NCBI GenBank assembly: GCA_031367385.1
Contig: JANLPS010000016.1
Coordinates: 1 to 10,781 of the forward strand
DNA from: Archangium sp.
Lineage (GTDB): Bacteria > Myxococcota > Myxococcia > Myxococcales > Myxococcaceae
DNA length: 10,781 bases
Direction of reading: 5' to 3'
The number at the start of each line of letters is the position of its first letter. Within the stretch, counting starts at the first letter, position 1. The notes below the pieces were generated by a model. The model searched no databases and had not been told where the DNA came from. It saw nothing but the letters and a program-made list of their open reading frames with translations. Made by a program: the position numbers and the translations under genes. Of this stretch, positions 1-6,919 are shown piece after piece.

Positions 1-36
1 GCGGCCCTTGAGCGCGTTCGGGTCATTGGGGGTCAT
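1..36 (-). CDS. Possible 5' fragment of the gene downstream of cheW (MTPNDPNALKGR..., runs off the left edge)
   Basis: ATG at 36-34 on the minus strand, about 40 nt after the cheW stop. The frame is open to the window edge with mostly G/C third positions, but 12 codons are too few to assign a product. Confidence 0.35.
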   Translation of the reverse strand, partial: MTPNDPNALKGR

Positions 37-77
37 CGGAGCAGCGATCGAGCTGGTGCGCAGGGCAGCACCTCGCG

Positions 78-500
78 TCAGGTGTGGCTCAAGAATTCGA
101 TCAACCCCTCGGGGTCGATCACCGAGACCGACCCCACCGGCGCGGTCGCTGGCCCACGAAAGTGTGCTCGCACGCCCGAGTCAGAGAGCCGGTCGAACGA
201 ACCGGTCAGCGTGGCTACGCCATTGACCCGGGTGGCGGTCAGCGCCATCACACCCTTCGCCACCCGCACCAGCACGGCCCGCTTCGCCCCCGCCTCGCTC
301 TTCACGCCGGTCAGCGTGGCGAGGTCGATGACGGGCAAGACTTCTCCACGGTGCGCGAACACGCCCAGCAGGTGTGGCGGAGAGCCTGGCACCTTCGTCA
401 ATGACGGCAGATTCACCACCTCGGCCGCGGTCTCGGAGGGCACCGCGTAGAGGCTGCTGCCACAGGCGAAGACGAGATGTCCTCTCGGCGCGTCGGCCAT
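78..500 (-). CDS. cheW: CheW-family chemosensory coupling protein (140 aa)
   Basis: HLVFACGSSLYAVPSETAAEVV...LTKVPGSPPHLLGVFAHRGEVLPVIDL matches the CheW pattern (VP..P..LLG..N/HRG.V.PV.DL). I moved the start from 653 to the ATG at 500 because the upstream extension is Cys-rich, non-CheW-like and overlaps the divergent promoter region. Confidence 0.9.
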   Translation of the reverse strand: MADAPRGHLVFACGSSLYAVPSETAAEVVNLPSLTKVPGSPPHLLGVFAHRGEVLPVIDLATLTGVKSEAGAKRAVLVRVAKGVMALTATRVNGVATLTGSFDRLSDSGVRAHFRGPATAPVGSVSVIDPEGLIEFLSHT

Positions 501-523
501 AGCGCAGTGGTAGCAGAGAATCA

Positions 524-536
524 CAAGCGCTTGAAA
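524..536 (-). promoter_or_regulatory. Palindromic / IHF-like site in the divergent intergenic region
   Basis: CAAGCGCTTG (524-533) is a perfect palindrome in an AT-rich patch. The minus strand reads TTTCAAgcgcTTG, one mismatch from the IHF consensus WATCAANNNNTTR. Confidence 0.3.
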
Positions 537-651
537 TTTAACCGCCTGAGGGCAACAGACGCACATCGCGCGACACGCTGCGCACGGAGACCGATTTCGC
601 CTCAGTGCCCAGCAAGAGACCTGGGGCTCGAGCGGCGTAGAGTCGCGCCCC

Positions 652-2019
652 ATGAACCGCGTTCTCGTGGCAATGGTGATCGCTGCTCATGCCATCGCCG
701 CCGAGCCGGCGAAGGTCTACCGGGGCAAGAAGATGTCGCTCGACCAGGTCAACGGCGACGTCTCGAAAGTGCTCACCCAGATCGCCACCGTCGCAGGCCG
801 CAGCGTGGTGGTGCTCAGCCCGCCGCGAGGCCCCATCACGCTCCACGTCAAAGACCAACCGTGGGACAAGGTGCTCGACGACGCGGTGGCGCAAGTTGGC
901 TTGGTGGCGCACCGCGAAGGCAGCCTCATTCTGGTGGGCACCACTGGGGCCATCGAGGCCCATCACGGTACGAAGTTCATTGGTAAACGGCTGACCGTCG
1001 AGCTGCGTGACGCCGATGCCCAGACAGCGGTGGCGGCGCTCTCGGCTGCGGCGGGCCTCCCGGCTCCGGCGGTGTCGGGCGGGCGAACGCTGAGCCTGGC
1101 GATCAAGAACGCGCCGGTCGATCAAGAGCTTGACCTGGTGCTCGCGGTGTCAGGTGCGCATCGGGTCGACGCTGGGGCGCTGGCACCACCCTCGTCAGGC
1201 TGCGCTGCCGCCACGACCGAGCTCGCAGACCTGCGGGTCACCGGAGTCGTCGTCGGTTCTGCGACGCCCACGGCGGTGCTCGCCGACACCCACGGCCATT
1301 CTTGGGTCTCGCAGCTGCAAGGCTGCGTCGGCAAAGAAGGCGCCGTCACGAAGCACGTCTTGCGCGGAGGCGTCGTGCTCGGCTTCGACAAGCTCGAGGT
1401 TCGGTTGGAGATCGAGCCGGGCTCGCTCGCTTTGAAGGAGGTCGCCGACGAGACCATCGACGCGACTGAGATGATTCGGGCGATCGACGCGACCCAGCTC
1501 GAGCTCACTGCGGCCGAGCGCAGCGGGCTGGCCGAGAAGCGGTTCTTACTCGCGCTGGGCCGCGACTTGTTCGATTCGCCCAACTTCGTGCAGCCGATCG
1601 AGGCTGACCCCCGCGCGCGATTGCTCGAATGGCCACAGACCTATGCCGAGACGCTTCAGCTGCAGGTCGAGATGGTGCCCGACCTGACGGCCAACCGGCA
1701 GCTCGCCAAGCGCACGTTGGCGACGGTCGATCGCGCGGGCTGGCATCGCACCGGTTTTCTGCTCACCTGGCTGTGCGCCCAAGCGGCCGACCGCGCGGCG
1801 CTGCTGGTGGCGCTGACCAATGAGGTCGAGACCGGCATTCGGGTGCTGAACAGCGAGAAGTCGCAAGGGGTCGACCCTGAGCTCGTCGAATCGACCGCCT
1901 ATTTGCTGAAGCTCGCGGCGAGCCATGGGTTGACTGAGTCAGAGCTCGGGCCGCTGCGAAGGCGCTTCGATGCAGCGCTGAAGAGATTTCGCGCGACGCA
2001 AGCACCTCCGGCCAAGTGA
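652..2019 (+). CDS. Exported protein: signal peptide + two PilQ-like N0/STN domains + PilP-like domain + helical C-terminal region (455 aa)
   Basis: Signal peptide ends AHAIA-AEP. YRGKKMSLD...ITLHVKDQPWDKVLD and FIGKRLTVELRDAD...LSLAIKNAPVDQELDLVL both resemble the PilQ N0 domain. LADLRVTGVVVG..TPTAVLAD..GHSW.....VGKEG..T.....GVVL resembles the PilP C-domain. Confidence 0.75.
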   Translation: MNRVLVAMVIAAHAIAAEPAKVYRGKKMSLDQVNGDVSKVLTQIATVAGRSVVVLSPPRGPITLHVKDQPWDKVLDDAVAQVGLVAHREGSLILVGTTGAIEAHHGTKFIGKRLTVELRDADAQTAVAALSAAAGLPAPAVSGGRTLSLAIKNAPVDQELDLVLAVSGAHRVDAGALAPPSSGCAAATTELADLRVTGVVVGSATPTAVLADTHGHSWVSQLQGCVGKEGAVTKHVLRGGVVLGFDKLEVRLEIEPGSLALKEVADETIDATEMIRAIDATQLELTAAERSGLAEKRFLLALGRDLFDSPNFVQPIEADPRARLLEWPQTYAETLQLQVEMVPDLTANRQLAKRTLATVDRAGWHRTGFLLTWLCAQAADRAALLVALTNEVETGIRVLNSEKSQGVDPELVESTAYLLKLAASHGLTESELGPLRRRFDAALKRFRATQAPPAK

Positions 2020-4199
2020 TCGACCTGGCTGAACCAGAAGCCGCCGCCCTGAAGCACCCACGCGCCCTTCTCCCACGTGGCTGTGAAGGAGCCACCGATG
2101 CCACCTTCGCTCCAGTCGATTTCAGCGCGGGTCTCGGTTTCATCGAGCAGGTACGAGACCAAGAGCACCGCGGTGTACCCCTGCGCCGAGAGGTAGCGTT
2201 TCAATGAAGCCTCGCTGAGCACCACGAAGTGGCCTCGAGCGGTGACGGTCGCGTAGTCGGCCGGGTCTCCCACGAGCACATGAAAGGGTCCGTCTTGCAC
2301 GCTGAGCACCGCCGAGACCAGCTGCGAACGCCTCGGAGGTGCGGCCTTCGAGCGGGCGACCTGGGGGAAAGCGTCTTCAGCGTCGCTCAAGCCGTCGCCG
2401 TCGGTGTCGATGGAGCGCGGGTCGGTCAGCAGTCGGGCTTCGATGAGGTCGGTCAGCCCATCGCCGTCGCGGTCTTGGGTCAGCTCGCTCAGGCGCGCTT
2501 CGACGAAGAGCCCAGAGGCCTCGCGGGGGTACCTCGTGAACAAGGGAGGGTACGTGATGCTCTGGTGATCGAGCTGGCGAACGAAGACCTCGAGGCGTAC
2601 GCGATCGCCGGTGATGAAGGGCAAGGCCGAACGCCGGGCGACGAGGTAGGGCTGCAGCGCGCGCAGCCCGGTGTAGATGGGCGCCTGCCAGTGCTGGCCC
2701 CGATCAATCGAGTGAATCAGCCAGTAGCCGCCCGATGACACCTCGAAGACCGGGTCGAAGCGCTGCGACGAGGCCAGCACCCAGACCTCTCGCCCTTCAC
2801 GCTGCAGGCGAATGGGCTTGAGGTCTCCTGGGAGCCCTTGGAGCTCGGTCAAGACGTCGGCATCTTCGAGCGCGGCCACCGCGACGCCTTGAGGCATGGG
2901 GTGCTCCTGCCAGACTGACGGCCTCGGCAGGTCGAGGAGCGGGTCTGAAGAGGCGGAAGATGAGGCGCTCGCAGGCAGCTTCGCGAGCTCGGCACGCTGG
3001 GCGCTCACCTCGCGATCACGGGCCTCTGCGATGCGCTGGGTCGCCTCCGCCAAGAACGCCTGAGCCACCAGTGGCTCAGGGGGAGAGACAGAGCCTTCGA
3101 GCATTCGGCGGGCCCGCTCGGGCTGTTTCAGGGCGATCGCCTTGGCGAACAACCGCGGCACGCCCACAGAGAACAGGCACCCATGCGAGCCGGCAATCAG
3201 CTCGAACGGGTCGACGGCGCGGCGCTTCTCGTCTCGTGCTCGCAGCAGCAGCTCGCTCGAAACATTCTGCCCGCAGTCGGTGGTGCTCCAGTCTCCCACC
3301 GAGGGTGACGGCGCGAGCTCGAGCGAGAGCGCCTGATCGCCATCTTGCGCCGCGAGCAACGCCAGCTGAAGCGCAGTGACCTTCGACGGAGGAACGAGCA
3401 GCGCGGCCCTTGTCGGGGCCGAGGCCTCCTTCCACAGCTCGAGCGCGAGACCCGGGAGCTCTTCAGCGAGCGCACTCGCAATCGCGTCGCGGCGCAGCGC
3501 CACCAGCAGCGGGTTCGTCGGCTCTGATTTTTCTCCGGCGGCCAGCAGGGTGAGCATCAGCGCCAGGGAGGCGCCCTTTTGGGTCAGAATCGGCGCGACG
3601 TCGACCCAGGCGAGCGGGTCATCGCGCAACAACGACGAGACCGCGAGCGCTTGAACCGCGGGGCCACAGCTCAGCATCTCGTTCGCGAGGGTGGTTCGAT
3701 CGGTGGAGGTTCGCAACACGCGCTCAAGCAGCGGCAGCAGCCCCTCGCCGTAGAAACAGGTGGCGCCGATCAGGGCCAGCTTGACCTCACGTGCGCTCGA
3801 GGCCGCGAGGGCCTGCTCGAAACGGGCGGTCTCCCAGGCGGTCTGCTGGGCGCGCGTCGATGTGTCGAAGCTGAAGCTCAAATAAAAGAGCTCGGTCTCG
3901 AGGAGCGGCGCGGCGGCAGCCAACGGGAGCGCCCACCCCTCGGCGAGCATGACCGCGGCTTCGGTGAACGACGGTGGGTGCTTCGGGTCGACCCGCTCGT
4001 TGAAGATCTGGCACGGGGCGATCATGCCGCGGTTGGCCCATCGTTCGGCCAAGAAGGCGCTCTCGGAGGCGTGGCATCGGTCGCCAAGAACGATGGGGAG
4101 CCAGTGATCGCGATCGAACTGAAGCGGCTGCTCGGAGGGAGGTGGCGCGGCAGGCAGGGTCACGCACGCAGCGAAGAAAATGAAGGGGAGCGCTTTCAC
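1899..4199 (-). CDS. Large putative lipoprotein: helical N-terminal half, Asp-box, thrombospondin-type-3-like Ca-binding repeats
   Basis: GTG start with lipobox-like MKALPFIFFAA-C. Asp-box SIDRGQHW at about 2688-2711 and DRDGDGLTD..E....TDP...DTDGDGLSD.ED at about 2364-2474. The last 42 codons overlap the convergent gene. Confidence 0.75.
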   Translation of the reverse strand: MKALPFIFFAACVTLPAAPPPSEQPLQFDRDHWLPIVLGDRCHASESAFLAERWANRGMIAPCQIFNERVDPKHPPSFTEAAVMLAEGWALPLAAAAPLLETELFYLSFSFDTSTRAQQTAWETARFEQALAASSAREVKLALIGATCFYGEGLLPLLERVLRTSTDRTTLANEMLSCGPAVQALAVSSLLRDDPLAWVDVAPILTQKGASLALMLTLLAAGEKSEPTNPLLVALRRDAIASALAEELPGLALELWKEASAPTRAALLVPPSKVTALQLALLAAQDGDQALSLELAPSPSVGDWSTTDCGQNVSSELLLRARDEKRRAVDPFELIAGSHGCLFSVGVPRLFAKAIALKQPERARRMLEGSVSPPEPLVAQAFLAEATQRIAEARDREVSAQRAELAKLPASASSSASSDPLLDLPRPSVWQEHPMPQGVAVAALEDADVLTELQGLPGDLKPIRLQREGREVWVLASSQRFDPVFEVSSGGYWLIHSIDRGQHWQAPIYTGLRALQPYLVARRSALPFITGDRVRLEVFVRQLDHQSITYPPLFTRYPREASGLFVEARLSELTQDRDGDGLTDLIEARLLTDPRSIDTDGDGLSDAEDAFPQVARSKAAPPRRSQLVSAVLSVQDGPFHVLVGDPADYATVTARGHFVVLSEASLKRYLSAQGYTAVLLVSYLLDETETRAEIDWSEGGIGGSFTATWEKGAWVLQGGGFWFSQVDHLAGGACVARNLFSAASKRLRSGPSSDSVNPWLAASFSK

Positions 4200-4260
4200 G
4201 GTGTCGTTTAGAACGGTTCAGGTTCTCGGCGATATCGCCGCGTTCGTGCTTGGAGCACCG

Positions 4261-5301
4261 TCACGGGCACCTGAAACGCCGAAGCTCAGCGCCTGCTTCA
4301 TCGCGCAGCAGTGCCAGAATCTCGCCATCGTCAGACACGGCCAGCTCGCGAAACGCCTCATCCGCCGAGGCGCTCGCCGGTACCGCCGTCGTCCCCATCG
4401 GGTGGCCATCGAGCGCGTCGACGCAGAGCACCTGTACCTCCGGCCCCACCATCGCGCCGACATAGACGACCCCGTGCACGTCTGCGTCGAGCAGCACCAG
4501 GCTGCTGACCGGCCCAGCGAGCGAATATTGGCGCGTGAAGCGATGCGCTCGGGTCGACGCGTCGATCACCGTCAGCAACACCTTGCCCGACGCGATGCTC
4601 GCGGTGAGATACGATCGGCCATCACGGGCGGGCCTCCCGGGTATCTCGGGGCGCTCGACGTCTTTGACCCCAGCGACTGACCCGATTCGCACGCTGTCGC
4701 CGTGGGTGCGCTCGACGTAGACCGAATCGCCATCGGTGAAGACACCGGTCGCCGCGCCCCCTTCTCGCAGGCCCTTGCCCAGCAGCGGCAGCTCGCCTCG
4801 CAGCACGCCATCGGGTGAAATCAGCGCGATCGACTTGTCGACCAACCTGTCCATCACCACGGTCGTGCCGTCTTTGGCCACCACCAGATCTTGCGGCGCC
4901 TGCAACGGCAGCTCAATCGACGGCAGCCGCTGCCCTGCTTTGTCGACCCGCACCACGCGGCGATTGACCTGGTCGAGCACCGAGCTGGTGCCCTTCGAAT
5001 CGATCGTCACGCTCATCGGGCCCTCGGGGTTGCCCTCCTGCGGCCGATCGCGGCCCAGCTTGCCGTCACCACTCCCCCAGCCGAAGCGGGCGACCACCTG
5101 CCCTGCCTTGGGCAGGCCCGCATCAGCGGCGGGTGAAGCAGTCGCCATCGCACGGGCCTCGGGCGCTGCCTTGGGAGCGCTTGGCAGCACCGGCGGCCGA
5201 ACCACGTCGCCGCCCGGGTTCTCACCCGTCACCCTCATTCGCCAGACCGCGATGGCCATCAACAGCACCATCACCCCCACTCCGAGCTGCCAGCGCCGCA
5301 T
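4261..5301 (-). CDS. N-terminally membrane-anchored NHL-like beta-propeller protein (346 aa)
   Basis: MRRW + hydrophobic helix + Pro/Ala linker, then repeated blades: GPMSVTIDSKGTSSVLDQVNRRVVRVD, APQDLVVAKDGTTVVMD, LDADVHGVVYV, LAVSDDGEILAL. Start placed at the ATG at 5301 rather than 5382. Confidence 0.8.
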   Translation of the reverse strand: MRRWQLGVGVMVLLMAIAVWRMRVTGENPGGDVVRPPVLPSAPKAAPEARAMATASPAADAGLPKAGQVVARFGWGSGDGKLGRDRPQEGNPEGPMSVTIDSKGTSSVLDQVNRRVVRVDKAGQRLPSIELPLQAPQDLVVAKDGTTVVMDRLVDKSIALISPDGVLRGELPLLGKGLREGGAATGVFTDGDSVYVERTHGDSVRIGSVAGVKDVERPEIPGRPARDGRSYLTASIASGKVLLTVIDASTRAHRFTRQYSLAGPVSSLVLLDADVHGVVYVGAMVGPEVQVLCVDALDGHPMGTTAVPASASADEAFRELAVSDDGEILALLRDEAGAELRRFRCP

Positions 5302-5413
5302 GCCTTGGGTGAAAGCACAGTGGAGCACCCAGGCGCCACCTGCACACCCGCCAGCCGTCCACTTTCGGCGAAGGGGCGTCAAGCGGCTTAACAGTCACCC
5401 AGGAGGTGGTGAT

Positions 5414-5429
5414 TGGCCCGAAGTTGGCT
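5414..5429 (+). promoter_or_regulatory. Putative sigma54 (-24/-12) promoter for the SH3b-NlpC/P60 gene
   Basis: TGGCCCG-AAGT-TGGCT versus consensus TGGCACG-N4-TTGCW: exact GG-N10-GC spacing with two mismatches. Predicted start site near 5440, just before ATG 5443. Confidence 0.45.
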
Positions 5430-5442
5430 ATGAAGCAGCCCC

Positions 5443-6384
5443 ATGCGGCTTGGCTTTGGCGGCGTGCTTCTCGGGTTGGCGACATCGATCATTGGGTGCA
5501 CAGGCAGCGCGTCTGCGACGGCGGTCGAGAGCACGGTCCTCACGGGTGCTCCTGAGGTGGTCGGAGACGTCGGTGATTCGGCGCCCGCCCCCCAGATGCC
5601 CACTGCGGCGAATGAGCCGGTTGATGCTGGCCACCAGTCGGTCAGCCCCGTCGCCACTGACACCGGGCTCACCGGCGACCTCGCGCTCGGGTCGACCCTT
5701 CGCACCACCACCACCTTGAACCTCCGCACCGGGCCTGGCACCGAGAACAGCGTGCGCCTGGTGCTGCCTGACGGCGCGAACGTTCTCACCGTCAACGTCA
5801 GTTCGCCCGAAAACGGCTGGTACAACGTCTCGTACAATGGTGTCGAAGGGTGGGCGTCGGGCAAGTACCTCGAGCTCGTCAGAGGCCCTGTCACCGACCC
5901 GACCGTGCGTGACCTGGCCATCGCTCGCGCCCAGGGCGGCGTGGGCTTCTCGTACTGGTGGGGCCACGGGAGGTGGATACCCTCGGGCGCCACCTCGTCG
6001 AGCATCGGCAGCTGCACCGGCAATTGCCCCAGCTGTACCCACAGCGGCAGTTACGGCGCCGACTGCTCTGGGTACGTCGGTAAAATCTGGGAGGTGCCCA
6101 GCAGCAACACCGACCCCCAGAGCGACTCGCACCCGTACAGCACCATTTCGTTCAACGGCAGCAACGCGCAGTGGTCGACCATCGACCGAGCCGCACTCAA
6201 GAGCGCCGATGCGCTCGTCTACAACGTGAACGGCTCGGGCCACATCTTCATCTATGAGTCAGGTGATGGCTGGGGCTCGATCTGGGCGTACGAGGCTCGC
6301 GGCTGTGCGTATGGCATCGTGCACAACCTGCGAACCGCGGGCACGGCGTTCAAGGCGATCACCCGCACCGGGTACTCGAACTAA
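5443..6384 (+). CDS. Lipoprotein with SH3b domain and NlpC/P60-like peptidoglycan peptidase domain (313 aa)
   Basis: Lipobox SIIG-C19. SH3b: TTLNLRTGPGT...GWYNVSYNGVEGWASGKYL (about 5704-5877). NlpC/P60 motifs: SYWWG, ADCSGYV (Cys208), ADALVY, GHIFIY (His267) and YEA (Glu284). Confidence 0.85.
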   Translation: MRLGFGGVLLGLATSIIGCTGSASATAVESTVLTGAPEVVGDVGDSAPAPQMPTAANEPVDAGHQSVSPVATDTGLTGDLALGSTLRTTTTLNLRTGPGTENSVRLVLPDGANVLTVNVSSPENGWYNVSYNGVEGWASGKYLELVRGPVTDPTVRDLAIARAQGGVGFSYWWGHGRWIPSGATSSSIGSCTGNCPSCTHSGSYGADCSGYVGKIWEVPSSNTDPQSDSHPYSTISFNGSNAQWSTIDRAALKSADALVYNVNGSGHIFIYESGDGWGSIWAYEARGCAYGIVHNLRTAGTAFKAITRTGYSN

Positions 6385-6391
6385 GCGCTTT

Positions 6392-6889
6392 TTACTTCAG
6401 GAGCTTGGAGACCACGGCGCCGCGCTGCTTGGCGAGTGACTCGAGCTCTTTGTTGACGGCCGCAAAGGCCCGCTCAGTGCGAGTGCGAGCTGCCGGGGTG
6501 AGCTGCGCCGTGCTCAAGATCTTTCGAAGGCTGGTGCGCTCGGCCGTCTTGTTTTCAATGGCGGCATCAATCGCGCCGACTCTTTTGATGACCAAGGTGC
6601 CAGCGCGCGTGACGATCAGGTTCTCTGAGCGCGCGATGGTTTTCTGCAACACCGCGCTGCGTGCCTCGAGCTTGGCGAGCGTCGCTTGAAGCTGAGCCGT
6701 CAAGGCAGGCGTCATTTGGGCGCGAGAGAGCTGACTGTGCAGGCGCTTCATCTGGCGAGCGATCTGAGCCTGCTCCGACTGGGCCGAAAGGTAGGCGGTG
6801 ACCGCCGCGTCGCCGCTCCGAGCGGGAGCTCCTGCGCGGGCTGAGGCGGTGTGTCTTTGGGGGGGGCGAGCAATGGTAGGGGCGTTCAT
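6392..6889 (-). CDS. Basic alpha-helical/coiled-coil hypothetical protein (about 165 aa; alternative GTG start at 6910)
   Basis: Fills the gap directly downstream of the SDR on the same strand. Heptad-rich, Ala/Arg/Lys/Gln-rich, with no signal peptide. Confidence 0.65.
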   Translation of the reverse strand: MNAPTIARPPQRHTASARAGAPARSGDAAVTAYLSAQSEQAQIARQMKRLHSQLSRAQMTPALTAQLQATLAKLEARSAVLQKTIARSENLIVTRAGTLVIKRVGAIDAAIENKTAERTSLRKILSTAQLTPAARTRTERAFAAVNKELESLAKQRGAVVSKLLK

Positions 6890-6919
6890 GACTGGAACCG
6901 TTTTTCGCACCTGGTCGAG

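Noticed and set aside
652..2019. Calling this gene pilQ
   Set aside because: There is no C-terminal secretin beta-barrel domain, no AMIN domains and no pilMNOP context.
4206..4222. GTTCAGG resembling half of a myxobacterial LexA box
   Set aside because: The other half-site matches poorly and the adjacent gene is not an evident SOS gene.
5401..5433. Strong AGGAGG followed by a 6-codon TTG mini-ORF (MARSWL)
   Set aside because: It is too far from ATG 5443 to be its ribosome-binding site and lies upstream of the predicted transcription start. It is probably chance.
4736..5719. 327-aa plus-strand ORF spanning the divergent spacer
   Set aside because: Ser/Pro/Arg-rich off-frame translation that overlaps two better-supported genes.
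5388..6243. Minus-strand ORFs of 211 aa and 271 aa
   Set aside because: Antisense to the SH3b-NlpC/P60 gene, which has clear domain motifs.
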